Part shown: in pieces, positions 1-12,730 of the stretch | Layout of the letters: every line of letters starts with the position of its first letter | Numbering within the stretch: position 1 is the stretch's first letter | Assembly: GCA_044892525.1 (NCBI GenBank) | Contig: CM097887.1 | Location: 60,884,001 to 60,948,000 of the forward strand | From: Schmidtea polychroa | Lineage: Eukaryota | Direction: 5' to 3' | DNA: 64,000 bases | The notes under the pieces: generated by a model | Seen by the model: the letters and a program-made list of their open reading frames with translations, nothing else | Database searches by the model: none | What the model was told of the DNA's origin: nothing | Position numbers and translations under genes: made by a program

Positions 1-491
1 ATCGTTTCTTAATAAACATTTCTATTGAGTAATTGCCTTTTTAGGTCCTGGCACGACGTCAATGATGCAATAAGTTTCTAATTACAATTTACATTTCAAA
101 ACAATTATGATATTACTAATAAGCTTAAAATTCTTTTTATTATATTCTTGATTTCTTATCGATGTATTTAATATTATACACCACGTTGCAATTGATAATA
201 GTCAAAAAATTATATTATAAGAAACATACAAATTTCCCTGTGTGTTTTTTTAAAATTCATTAGCAGTTATATCTATCAATTGATTATGGGTTTCAAAATA
301 AGATGGAAAAATTAATGAAATATACGAAAATGGCGTATGCATTCTCTATAATAAAAGTGATGGGTTACAGTAAAAATTTAAACATACCACTCATTGTGTT
401 TCAAGCGTAACACAGAATATAATGCTTCCCTACCATTTGGTGATCGTTGTATGAACAACGTTGGTTGATGTACCAAACAGGTAAATGTTAG

Positions 492-1165
492 GAGAGCTGT
501 AGCTAGGGGGTGGCGAATGGGGCGCCGAGTCGAAGGGCGCCAAAACTGTGAAATTATCATTTAAATTTTTTTTGCTTTTCTTTCTTTTTTTCATATTAAA
601 TTTTTATATTCTGCTCTCCATGTTTACTGTTTTCCAAAGTTAAACTAAAACAAAACTGTTTTGGTGGTCTATCTAAAGGTTTTTGCAAACGGGCGACTAA
701 ATCCGAAGGTGGCTGATCATGAAAACAGTTTTGAGCATAGAAAATGCTACTTACTCTGAAAGAAGGAAGGACAATTGATGATAATCTTTAATTTCTTTTA
801 TTTAGAATTCAATGTTAAATGTTAAAGTTGATCACTTGATCTTTTCAAATATATTATAATAGTAACCTTAATAGGAACCTAATGATAAAAACTCTGAACT
901 TAGGTTTAATAAATAGGGAGTAAATAAATTTTCAATATTAATGTATATACTATATACACATGTATAATAAATATTTATAATTAATTGGTTTTCGTTATAA
1001 TATAAGTTTGGTTAAGCATTGTATAGCTTTGCATCTTAATTTGACTCTTCAAGACCAATTCCATTCTTGTAAGTACATAATTATTGGGAGTGGTGGATTC
1101 TTTTGGCACCAGTGGCGCCAAATTTCAATCTCGCCCGGGCGCCATTTTCCCTAGCAACGGCTCTG
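492..1165. mobile_element. Old hAT-type MITE candidate
   Basis: Imperfect TIRs GAGAGCTGTAGCTAGGG (492-508) and CCCTAGCAACGGCTCTG (1149-1165), 14/17 match, with GGCGCC subterminal motifs at both ends. No TSD recovered. Confidence 0.45.
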
Positions 1166-2045
1166 GTTTTGCTTTCACTGAAGTGTGTCGAATTGTCGTT
1201 AAAGACCTGAAAAGTTTATCTAGCATTTCAAGTCGGCTTTTTGATGCCCGAAACAACTCAATTTCTTTTCTTATGATATTTAAAGATTTTGATTTTCTAT
1301 AATTTTCCTCATTATCATTCTCCTGTATATATTGCATTTTCTTGTTTTGCTATTTCTTGTGATTTCTTAAACAAAAAATGTTTCCATACACTAGATTTGC
1401 GCTTCGAGCTAGCGTCCTCAAAAATATTTATTTTAGGAATTGTAAAAAAATAAATTGAAATTAGAATATAAAAATACAAAAATCAAATAATTAAAATTTG
1501 TAATTAACATTGCTAAGCTACACAGCAAAACAAATAAACACATACTGTAGAATTTTGTAATATATCTGAAATATATAATTTAGATTTCCAAATTTATGTT
1601 TTTATCTTCTTTCAGACTTTTTTCTTGACCTTTTTAGATTTCTGTTTTTTATTAGTATTTTTAATTTGTTATAATTTGTAGTAACTAATTTACTTGCTAT
1701 AGGAAATTGATTTTTTTCAAAATTAAGGAATATAATTGGTATTCTACTGTATTAGATAAAAACTAATTCCCCAGGTAAAAGTGAAATCTTTGAAAAAATC
1801 TGGGTCAAAAACCCTAGTTGGCGTTACTCTAAAATTTTGATATATAAAAGTCATCCTGTAAAAATTACACTCTTTATTTTAACAACTTTTTTAAATAACT
1901 AATAATAAAATTTGTATTAAATAATGAAAAAGTGCTCTTTAGTGGAAAAAATTAATAAAATTCTAGAAGAAAACAGATAAAAAGTAAACAAAAGGATGAA
2001 TGTTTTTTTATTGGAAATAGTAACAGTTAATTTCAATTTGATTAG

Positions 2046-5000
2046 ATCCGTTACCCGTCGTCGTGTGCGAAAACAATACTTTGAAGTTATTATGGAATCG
2101 AACTGTTCATCCGACAATTCAACCGGCAGATGTAAACATTGTATACTTAAACACAACTTGTAACAATGTTATGAAATTGAATTTATCAGATACCCTTATA
2201 ATGTCAGTTTCATTGAACGATTGCAACGGTGATGTTAAAGTAAGATTATTAAAAAATATTTCATATTACATTATGAATAAAACTTGTGGGAAATAAAATC
2301 AGATAAAATATACATTTAATTAATTCATATAAATATTAATTTAATAAATATTAATTCATATAAATATTAAATAAATATTCCTATAAATATTAAATTAAAT
2401 AATTAGAAGTATGTATAAGTGAACATTATTGATATTAGTACTAATTATTTAAATTATTTGTCACAATCAATGTTAGAGGATTTAATTTTATTCATAAGAC
2501 GTACTAAATAATGTATTATTTAACCGTTTGCGGACGGTATGCCAGCATTGGTGGCCACGAATTTTGTTACAGACATTCAACAGTGTATAATGAGCAGCTG
2601 TGCTAGCCAAACTTTAAAAAAATCATACCTCGATATCGGGCATTCGTATACTAAAAAATTTCGTATATTTCGTATACTACTTATTAAAATTAATTTCGTC
2701 CGCAAACGGTTAAATAAAATTTCCAAATAATAAGTGGGAAATTTAATAAAATATAAATTTCAACATACCATAAATAATCAAGACAAGATTATTGAGCAAA
2801 TATAAACTCGTTAATTAAAAAAATCTAATTAGGAACGTGATCCCCGGAGCTTGACAGGATTTTAGTCAAGTCAAAACCAAAAAATTAAATTTGAAAAAAT
2901 TTCGGGTTCTCGCAGGTCTATAATTGAATATGATTTGACTGACGAGGATAGAGCCTTATAAAAGAAACCAACAATTATAAAAGGTTTGAGACAAAAAAAG
3001 AAATCACAGAGCTAATGTGAGAAAAGAAATTAAAAAGAGAGTGGAAACAGTTTTTATCAGAATAATTAGATTCATTTCCTTACTTAAGGCAATCTTTCTC
3101 CTAATATTAAGCGAAAGATAATTTGTAAATGCTTGAAATATTTGAAAGAGTGTAATTTGTCGTAATAATAAAAAGTTGTTGTGTTGATTTATTTTGATCA
3201 AGAACATGTTGAGTTAGATTTGTAGTTTTATTCTATTTATAATCTTGTGAATTTAGTTCAAGTGACTATTTAGAGTTAATGAGCCACCGGTGATAAAAGT
3301 AGAAAAAGTTACGAAGTATTATACCTTTGTTTGGGTTTCCAAAAAAGTTTAAAAATACTGACCCATTAAATTGCATTAAATGTTTTTTATTAATTTTATG
3401 ACTTTTATATTATTATATACAATTTCAGAATGAAAGTACAGAACCGATTATTTTATTCTCGTTCTATTTAAATTTATGTTATCATATTTAACAGGGTGAC
3501 TTAACTAACGTTATTTATACATTTGGAGCCAACAGAACATTTCCGAAAATTAATAATATCCAAGCAAAAGATGATCAAATATTTTCAGTGAAGTGTTATA
3601 TCAATAGAAATTATACTGCAGTACAAGGACCTTTTTCTATAAAAGCAACTTCAATAACTGGTGGAACCGGTTCAACGGATGTTCTTGTTCAGTTAGAAAT
3701 GTTTCGTGAAAGCAAGTAAAATTTGAGATTCCTTTTACTTAATTCTATATTTTTAAAAACTTTTAATTAGAATTAATTTTAACAATCAAATGTTATTTTT
3801 CTTCATTTCCACTATATAGAAATGTTTGTAAATAAAATAACACTTGAAAAAGATAGTGTTAAGAAAAAACATTAAAGTCTAAGTTTGTTGAAACGAAGAC
3901 CCTCATTAGGGTGGAAAACTGTTTTACTCAACTTAATAATTTTGTATTTGTATGTGTCATCAAGCAATGTTTTCATGACAAATTGTTTTCTGAGTTTGCA
4001 TTAATTTTTTTTGAAAATATTTTAAAGCTTTTGATAGTTTTAAAATTTTAAAATTTTTAGGTTATTTTTTTTGAAAATAAATTTAGAAATTTAATATTAT
4101 AATTTGAAAAATTTTTGAGTGTTTTTTGTTTTAATTTTAGAAATATTTTAATGGATTACTTAAAAAATGTTATGTTTTGTTTTGATAAAATAATTTTATT
4201 TTCTTTGCAATTTGCTATTTGTGCATAAATTAATTTTGATTATCTTGCAATTTTTAATAAAATCTTAACCCTCATACGATACTTGGGTGAATTTTCATCC
4301 AATTTAATTTTGAAACGTTGTTTCATTTTTCTAGTAATTTAATTTAGAGTAAATGTATATTCAACGTTGAGGCCAAAAGACACCAACCGGAATGATATAT
4401 TTCAACATACGAACAACAAGTATAATATAAAATGCATTGTTTTCTACACACTTCATCCAACGATGCAAGAATTCAAAAAAGTCATTTTGAAAAATATTGA
4501 GCCTTGATTTTTCAAGAAAAGTTCCAAATCCTGTTGCAAATCTGTAGCATTTTGGTAGATTTTCCCTCGCAATGTTTCTTCAAAAGCTTGAAGAGATAAA
4601 AGTTTTTCTAATTTTTCTTGATGAAAATACAAATTTCTACTTTGATAACATTTGATAAAGGCTGTACCGAAAGTGTTTTATATGAACTCATTAAACTGGC
4701 CTTATTCAACTACCGTATATACTCGTGAATAAGCCGAGAAATTTTGGGCAATTTTTTAAGCTAAATTTTTCCATTCTGCTTATATACGGGTCAAAAACAA
4801 GATTTTGTGATTATTTAAATAATTCGTCAGATTTTAGCTATTTTTTTTTACCTCGGCCTATATACGGGTACTTGATTTTGGACAAAAAATTGACTATAAA
4901 AACTCACTTCGGCTTATATACGGATCGGCTTATACACGAGTATATACGGTAGTTTGTATTTATTAGTTTCACAATGTGATTCAAAAAAATATGCTGAAAG

Positions 5001-8000
5001 ACTTATATTACGATATTTTTAGAGTAATATATAAAAGCAAAAAATAAAACGGAAGCATAATAAACATCAAAATAACAAAAGTGCAAAAATTAATAAAAAC
5101 TTTAATGTGAAAATTAATATTGATCGGAGGAAATGGGTATGGTTGGATGCCAAATCATGAGATGAATCAAAAAACTATAATAAAAATTTAGGGAGGGGTC
5201 CCTATAGAAAGTTATAAAAAATAATAAGCTAATTAAAAATTAATTAATCGCTAATTGAAAGCCCGAGTCAATGGGAAACCTGAAAGATGACGAAAACCCG
5301 GAGCGCACTGAGACCCGACTAATTAAACATACATCAAATGAATTTGAAGCGAACTAGGCCGAGTGCCGATTAGGAGTTGGTAAGTTAAATTGATAGTATT
5401 CCAATAATCCCCCAGAAGATTTAAAAATAATGTTTAGCCCATATTAGATAAACGCCTTTCAGAAAAGTTTAAAAGGAAAAGCTGGTTGGTCGAAGGAAAC
5501 GATATCAGATCATATAACGTTTACAAAACTCCAAGAGAAACTAAAGAGAAAATTCAAGTAAAGTTAAAGAGAATTATAAATTATCGTACCAGAAAATCTG
5601 TTATAAATAATAGTGGAAATAATATTGTGGATGTATAAATAATAAATATGGAAATATATTGACTAATTGTAATTGTGGTAAAATTTGAATAAAGTTGTTG
5701 TGTTGGGTCTTAGTTATTTGTTTGGAAAAGGAGTCATAGATAACAAACTTCAATAAATCCCAACCCGAGTTACTTCAAAACTTAATATTGAGATTGAAGG
5801 TCTTGAATGAAAAGGAGGAGTTAAAATATGGCACGCTGTATTATTGCCTTTTTAGAAAATTGCTAGAAGTAATGATTGTTCAGTGGGAACGGTACATTAA
5901 GACAGGCAGGGAAAGGACAGTTGAAAGATTTGCACATTGGATCGAAAGAGAAGCAGAAAAAAACCGTAGAGCAATCAGTGTTTTATTTGGAGAAAGACCA
6001 ACAAAAAGCAGAAACATAAAATCAACAACAAACTTCGGAAATGCGAATAGGCACAATAACTTTGCGGACAGAAGACCAAAGATAGAAGTTAGTGGCGTGC
6101 GAAAAAGGGAACTAATCTGTATTAAATGTGAAGGAAACCATTACTTAAATCAATGTTCCTAAAGCTGAATGTCAATGAACGACATGAGTTTGTGACGAAA
6201 AAGTGACTTTGTTAAAATTGTCTTGCAACAGCTCACATGGTAAGAGAATGGGAAATAAATTATATCTTGATCAAAACCTTTTCTCGAATACAGTATTGTT
6301 GGCGTCGCCACTCGGTTGAAACTAGATAGAATTACCTACTAGGGGATGAAGGTCTCTTATCGAACTTAGAAACACAAAATTGTCGAACCTAAGTAGTGAA
6401 CCAAATTTTATAATTTTATAGAAATATGACAAATTTCCATATCATATTAAAATCTTTTAATAAAAACCGCAAAAGAAAATCAAAAAATGGTGTCGTGAAT
6501 ATTTTTAATTCAAGTGGTGTGTCGTGGCTCTAAAAAGGATTAATAACACTTTTTTAAATAAATTATATATTGAAAATATTCTATAAAAATAGCTAAGATT
6601 TCTTACAGTCAAATAATACTTTATTAACCCAGATAAACCTACTGTCCTGTTAAAAGGACATTAGGTAATCTGTTACAAATTAAAATATTTTCTCACAAGA
6701 GAACATTATTTTTGATACAATTTTTGATTATGGCGACACTAGATGGTATGGCAATGACAATGCATATTTTTTTATTAGTTGCCATTGGGCTTTTGTACCG
6801 ATAGCACGTTTGAATTTGTAAAAATATTATCAAATATAAGAATAAAAAGTTTCAGGAATAACTTGGTTAAATATTTCTTTACTAAATTTCACTATTAACA
6901 ATTTTTTATTTTATTTCAGTTTCCAAACGTTAGTACCCAGCTTGAATCAGGTAAATGTAGGAACAACGATTTTTGTTAGGGTGAAGTTTTTGAATCCTCC
7001 TGCTAATCTCGTGTTAGTTGTTGTCGAATGCTATGTTACTGGTGGCAGCGTAAAAATTTATTTAATTCAAAATAGGTAAGAATTAATATTTTTTGTTACC
7101 ACTTAAGATATTAATTATTTAATTAAAAAATTAAATATCTATGAGAATAAATATTCTAATTGTAAAGTTTTTATGAATTTATTTTATCAAAAATATTAAT
7201 CTAATTAATCGATTAATTCAATAAATTTTATATCTACGTTTAAATTACTTTCATTATATTATTTGGTTTTAAAATGCAAATGATTTCAAATTAAAAAAAA
7301 TAAACTTTTTAAAATCTTTGAGATCCAGTGGCGTAACTAGTGGACGCCGGACCCTGCGTTGCGGGGGCCCAAAATTATTACTAAAAAAATATTTACAATC
7401 ATTTTCTGAAACTTTTTTCCCGCAGTTATATTTGCCTACAAACATAAAACTATCATTGAATAGCGGCTGCTGTGAATAACTATGTATTAAACTTTAACCG
7501 AAAAATTTAAGTGGAAATATTTTACATTGCGCTGGGGGCCCAAATTTTGAAGTTGAGATCTTTCATAACTTCCAAAAATAAGAAAAATTATAACGACTAA
7601 AATTACCATTTAAATGGTCCAGTTGCATCTTAATGAGTTTTGCTGGGGAAAACCTAACCACTGGATTCTGATCTTTTTATTGAATTCCTCAGTAATGTAA
7701 AATGAAGTATTCATGACGAAACGAATTGAAATGTAATAACCAAAAGTTTAATTAATTAAAGTGACTGATTATTTAATTTTTTTGTTGAATTGCTAATGCA
7801 AGGTAGACTAGGTGATATATTGACATCAAAATATTTGTATATATGTTAGACTTATTATTTTTTATATGTATACATGAAAACTTTGAAGCTGAGATACGAT
7901 AAAAGAACTGGAAATACTTTATCATTTGACTAAAATTAATAAAAGGTTGAGCAGTTTTTGCATTATATGAATAGTTTTGAACGTGTGTTTTCATATTCTG

Positions 8001-8331
8001 ATTATTTAAACAAGTGTTTTTTAATACTTTTATTTTCTATATATCTTTTAGTACATTATACAATATAATATAAAAAGTGGAGGCACTACAGTATTGAAAA
8101 GCTAATTTTAATTTTTGAAAATTTGTAAAACTATATTAGAATATTTATAACAAATTTTTAATGTTAATTTTAATTGTTAACTTTAGGATTTAATATAATT
8201 TAATATTTGGTTTTGAATGTTTAATGTTTGTTTACGATGATATGCACTATTTCCACTAAATATACACATTTGTCAATTATTTCTACATTTTCCAAGGACG
8301 TAGACATAATGTATACAGTTGCCTAATTTTG

Positions 8332-8423
<92 letters not shown>

Positions 8424-8637
8424 TGTATAAATTTGGCATTTAAGTTTCGTTTATTGTGAATTTGACTTTTATTTCAGATGTCCTGCCTTATCTACTGTTC
8501 AAATTAATCCAATTAGTGATACCGTTTCTTCGTTTAATTTTGTAAGTTTTATCATTACCGGATCATCAAATCTTGACTTGACCTGTCAAACATCTAAATG
8601 TGGAAAAGACGAAATTGGTTGTGTGACAAAATGTTAA
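2046..8637 (+). CDS. Zona pellucida (ZP) domain protein, 5'-partial; exons 2046-2239, 3495-3715, 6920-7075, 8478-8637
   Basis: All four exons have AG/GT boundaries with consistent phases (in 1; 0; 2; 2). They splice to PLPVVVCENNTLKLLWN...LNTTC...SLNDCNGDVK|GDLTNVIY...FSVKCYINRNY...QLEMFRESN|FQTL...VGTTIFVRV...LVVVECYVT...YLIQNR|CPALS...SFNFVSF...LDLTCQTSKCGKDEIGCVTKC*. The 10 Cys follow the ZP-N (4) plus ZP-C (6) pattern. The signal-peptide exon was not identified. Confidence 0.85.
2524..2709. mobile_element. piggyBac-type MITE (186 bp)
   Basis: TTAA|CCGTTTGCGGACG ... CGTCCGCAAACGG|TTAA: perfect 13-bp TIR with TTAA on both sides (2520-2523, 2710-2713). Lies in ZP intron. Confidence 0.8.
4420..4610 (-). 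pseudogene. mariner transposase C-terminal remnant
   Basis: Minus strand reads LSLQAFEETLRGKIYQNATDLQQDLELFLKNQGSIFFK/(frameshift)LHRWMKCVENNAFYII. This resembles the mariner C-terminus (SLQNFLRGKKF...FF..GI..L..RW.KVVENNG.YII). Confidence 0.6.
4713..4949. mobile_element. pogo/Tigger-like MITE
   Basis: TA|CCGTATATACTCGTGAATAAGCCGA ... TCGGCTTATACACGAGTATATACGG|TA: 25-bp TIR with 1 mismatch and a TA TSD. Confidence 0.85.
4975..5765 (+). mobile_element. BEL/Pao-type LTR-like repeat, copy 1 (boundaries approximate)
   Basis: Shares AATTAATT...GAAAcCCGAG blocks and a 3' AATAAA...TGTTGGGT...GGAGTCA...AAACCCAAC block with 28934-29598, 41880-42003 and 61470-61556. Directly followed by a BEL-type gag remnant. 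Confidence 0.5.
5788..6250 (+). pseudogene. BEL/Pao gag zinc-knuckle remnant
   Basis: ORF 5788-6162 ends ...LICIKCEGNHYLNQCS*. It continues in a shifted frame as LNVNERHEFVTKK*LC*NCLATAHMVRE, the tandem CxxC..H..C / ER..FV....LC.NCL...H pattern of BEL/Pao Gag, with stops. Confidence 0.65.
7326..7552. mobile_element. hAT-like MITE fragment
   Basis: Starts with CAGTGGCGTAACTAG, contains two GGGGGCCCAAA motifs, and is flanked by the 8-bp direct repeat TTGAGATC (7318-7325, 7553-7560). The right TIR is not recognisable. Confidence 0.4.
8335..8420. repeat. (TA)n microsatellite, ~43 units
   Basis: Pure TA run about 57 nt upstream of the last ZP exon acceptor. Confidence 0.95.
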
Positions 8638-9448
8638 ATTCGTTAACTTTTGAAACATTTTATCTGTCCAATTATTTTCATTTCAATTTTTTACATTTAT
8701 ATCATTTTGTCTTTGAGCCTATATTTTAATGAATAATATATAACTCAAATATTTGTTTACATTTAAAATGTATATTTTATGCAAGAATGATATTAAACAT
8801 TGATGCAAATTATTCTAGAAATGCACTTGACTTATTCGCTGAATTTTGTAAACTACACAGAACGAATTTTTCGCTTCATACTCATCTAAAATTGATTCGT
8901 AAAAAGTGCTAATTTATAAAATGTACTGAAGATGTGTTATTTTAAGAATTCATTGATCTCTTGGAGAGCCTTGCTAATGTTTTTGCTCAAAATACCCTAA
9001 ATACTTCCAATTTGTGTAGCAACACCTTGAAATATATTCTTTCGTAAAACAACGAAAAATCAGTTTAATAAAACTCTTTAAAAATCTTTCTGTCCTGGTT
9101 CTCCGCAGTATATGGATTCGTCTTTTGATATATTTTTTTTTCGTAACCTCACTTCATTTCACGTTTAACTTCTTAGACAATATTTTATGAACAAAATGTT
9201 AACTGTAATATAATGATCATTCTATTTCAAAATCTTCTTAACAACTTGTTGATATGTTTCCTTGTCATATTCTGTTTTCTGATAATTTAGCAGATTTTCG
9301 CAGATCTGTTAAATGTTGGTTTTTTACAAAAGCCATATTGATTATTTTCGAAATGTTGTTTTTATTTTAGTCAAAATTGGCCTGAACATTTCATGAACTA
9401 TTGTCAAAACAAACTTTTGAGAAATATGATTTAACTTTTGTCGAATAA

Positions 9449-9595
9449 NNNNNNNNNNNNNNNNNNNNNNNNNNNNNNNNNNNNNNNNNNNNNNNNNNNN
9501 NNNNNNNNNNNNNNNNNNNNNNNNNNNNNNNNNNNNNNNNNNNNNNNNNNNNNNNNNNNNNNNNNNNNNNNNNNNNNNNNNNNNNNNNNNNNNNN
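9449..9595. other. Assembly gap (N run)
   Basis: 147 consecutive N. Confidence 0.98.
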
Positions 9596-10339
9596 CGTTA
9601 ACAATTATTAATCTCATTCCAAAGCGCGCTTTGTTTAACAACAATAACGGACTCCTGATAATGAATTTTTATTGATTAACACAATTTATTACCGATTTTC
9701 AGCGACATCAATAATTCAATATTAATTCAATGACTTGAGTGCTTATTATCTTTTGTGTTTACTATACAACTCGGAATCTATAACCACTCGACCACTGTTC
9801 CCGACTTCAACAATCGGTAGATCCTATCAAGTTGCCTTCTCATCCTCAATCTGAAATTACTTGACACTCACGATTTAGAACTTTATTTTTGTCTCAAACT
9901 GCTTTTTCGATCCGACATTGCTATCCACGTCACTTCGGTTCAACAAATATTGATTATTTTACTTTTTAGGACTTTTAAATCAAGTGTTTAATTGGTTTTG
10001 ATAATTTGTAATTTTTATATTTTCGTTTTATATATTTTGTATAACCTCAACATGTCTCTGATCCATTCTTCTGCTTGTTTTGATTCTTGTCCACCATGTT
10101 GTTAAATGTTTAGTGTGAGCATGTCTTGGGAACGATTCGGTATGGAAAACTCAGCAATATCCACTGAGAATCGGGTAGGCCCGTGCTCCATTATTTGGGC
10201 CAGTTCAAGTACTAAATTCAAAAGTATGATGGAAGAATAAATATTTTCATAGTCATTTTAATAACCGCCGAGCCTAACTCAGATTTTTCTTCTTTGTCAG
10301 TGTCTTGCAAGTACACTGATCACCGGAGGAGCTAGAACC

Positions 10340-10391
10340 GTCGGTGCGATGGCGTTGGTGCGATGGTGTCGGTGCGATGGCGTCGGAGATG
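10340..10391. repeat. 14-bp minisatellite (GTCGGTGCGATGGC) x ~3.5
   Basis: GC-rich tandem units in a repeat-like region (about 10080-12250) that has strong strand skew and no intact ORF. Confidence 0.75.
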
Positions 10392-12559
10392 CTATCGGGT
10401 CAGGCAGAGGATGTATGGGTATGATATTAACCTGCTCGACCGAGATTAAGTTCGAGGTTCAAGCTGTTATAGAGTTGCCTTCAAGATTCATTTATAATAC
10501 TGATAAGTAAGTTGATTTGTATGATAATAATAATGTTTGACGAAAGCAAAAGGACTCTATCCGTCGAAGGTAATCCCTTTCTCTGTCGTCAAAATAGAAT
10601 TAGGTGAAAATCACAAAAATAAGCCGATATTTTCGGTTTATCCTAATGTTGGATTATTGAGATGGTGATCAATTTAAATGTTACTTTGACTCCAAGCGTG
10701 TCTTTATACGATTCACAAATAACACTTGACAACAGAAATCTTTATTGCTAATCACAAATAATCTTTCTCTTTACACTGGCAATAAATCCAACACTCTGCT
10801 TGATGACTATACAATGCTTATTACAACACTCGGTGAGGAATAGCACTTGTGTATAAAGCCGGATTAAAAGATCACAAATTACTGATTGGTTTCTAAACTG
10901 GGATTTTGAGCTGGTTTTCTCCTTTGACTTTTTTCACAACTTTATTCAAATAATCAAATAACTTCTTTTCGTTTTATTATTCAACTAATTCTTTTCTTCA
11001 ACTCTTCTCCAATAATTATTCTCCACAATTATTTCCTTTACAATTATTTTTGACAATCGTTTGTCCAACAACGTTTCTTCCAACGTCTTATTTTCCCCAA
11101 TAATTTTATCTCTCAAATCGTCTTCCAAATCGTTTTCAATTTCGCGTCACTTTGTCTCTAATTTTTCTTCTCTTTTCATGTCCACCAGTTTTCCATTATA
11201 TAGTTCGCTTCTCTTGTGGCACTCCAGATAATCAAGTGTCTTTCCATTTTTCTTCTCCTGCTTTTCTTGACTGTCCCATTTTTATCTCTGACAGCTGTCA
11301 AGTTGTTTTCCCTTTTCCCTTTTTTGTTTGACCGCCTTCTCCTATTAATTTTGTTATCACTGGCTAGCTGTCGAGATAAGGATATTGTTGTTTTCCTTTT
11401 TCCCCGATTTCAAAATTCCTTTTCCTTTTTGTATTAATTAATTAGTACTAACTTTGGTTTTCATTTTCCTGTTTGATTCCTATTATTTCCTTTATCTTTC
11501 TCATTTTTAATTTCTTTTCACTTCCGTTTTCTTTTCTGGGTTCCAATAGATCGTTCCGTTTGTCATGGCGACCTTTCCCCAGGTAATTTTATTTATTTCT
11601 TTATAAATTGCCATTTAGGTATCCTCAACACTAATGAACCAATTTACATTAATTAAGTTATGAAAAGAATAAATTACCTGCAGTAGTTTTAAAATGACGA
11701 TTACGTAAAAATCTCTTTGTAAAATCTTATCGGATTCCTTTCACAAAGTTAACCTACGTGTTAATTAATTGGCACAAATATAGTTATATCAGTCTGTGGG
11801 CAATAAATTCCTTAATGCTTTTCTTTTTAGTATACTGTTTAAACATCTTCGCAATTTTTCGGTAATTAAAAATGCACTTTTAGATTTTTCTAATTTTAGT
11901 TTGATATACGAAATAGTGTACGCCTATTCAATGTCCCATTCAGCCATGTTTAAATGAAAACTAGGTCGTTTTTCTCATTCGCGCATTCACAATTATTAAC
12001 CTAGTACTCAGCGTCAATAATTCCCAACGTTTATTCATAATTTCTTTCCTCTTCTCATCAAATATATTTCTGTTACTATCCGATTTGTTTCAACTATTAT
12101 CATTTCCATTGCTGCTATTGTCATTTTTAGTTCGGTTACTATCACGACAATTTCAATTATCTTTGTGTGTGGTTCAGCTGTTATCAGGTTTATTTTGAAT
12201 AAAACTATCTTTATTGTTGGTATTGGCCTCGCTTTTATCGTCACATTGTTTTATTATCAATGTTGTTAATATTGTTGGGTCGCAGGTAATCCACATTTTA
12301 CTCTTTCATCTCGTTTTCAGCGCAACCCAAGATACAACGGCCAACTTTGTCATTCGACACAGTTGAGAAATCAACGTTGGTAATGTGTCGTATGGGTGAA
12401 TACTCGCGAAAAGTGAGCTTACTTCTGTACATTATAGTCACGGAGCATTTAAATGGGTTCGTAGACTGCAGACATGAGGCAATTTTATAAGTCCGATAAA
12501 TTCGAAATAATTAAAACTGTTGGGGTTCAACAAGAGAGGCACAAAAATGAGGTGAAAAT

Positions 12560-12730
12560 TGACAAAAACACCAAATTCAAAATAAAAATTTAAAGTACAA
12601 AATATTAATTAAAAATCAAAAATTTTAAAAAATGAAAATTTTCTGGGGGAAACTGGTATGGGCGGATGCTAAATAATGAGACGAGTTCAGCTATAATAAA
12701 ATAAAATCAATGGGGGGTCCCTAAAAGGAA
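12560..12730 (+). mobile_element. BEL/Pao-type LTR copy 2, 5' piece (interrupted by the 16.2-kb element)
   Basis: GGTATGG.CGGATGC.AAAT.ATGAGA.GA...CTATAATAAAA...GGGGTCCCTA matches copy 1 at ~5135-5205. The homology resumes at 28934. Confidence 0.6.

Noticed and set aside
1027-1068. Possible upstream ZP exon (phase-compatible, AG/GTAAG)
   Set aside because: Only 42 nt, no diagnostic residues, and it lies inside a MITE candidate.
9342-9644. 100-aa ORF in the track
   Set aside because: Spans the N gap and is not a real reading frame.
10080-12250. Possible second decayed gag-bearing retroelement on the minus strand
   Set aside because: Strand skew and faint Cys/His spacing are suggestive, but no convincing motif, paired LTR or TSD could be defined next to the gap.
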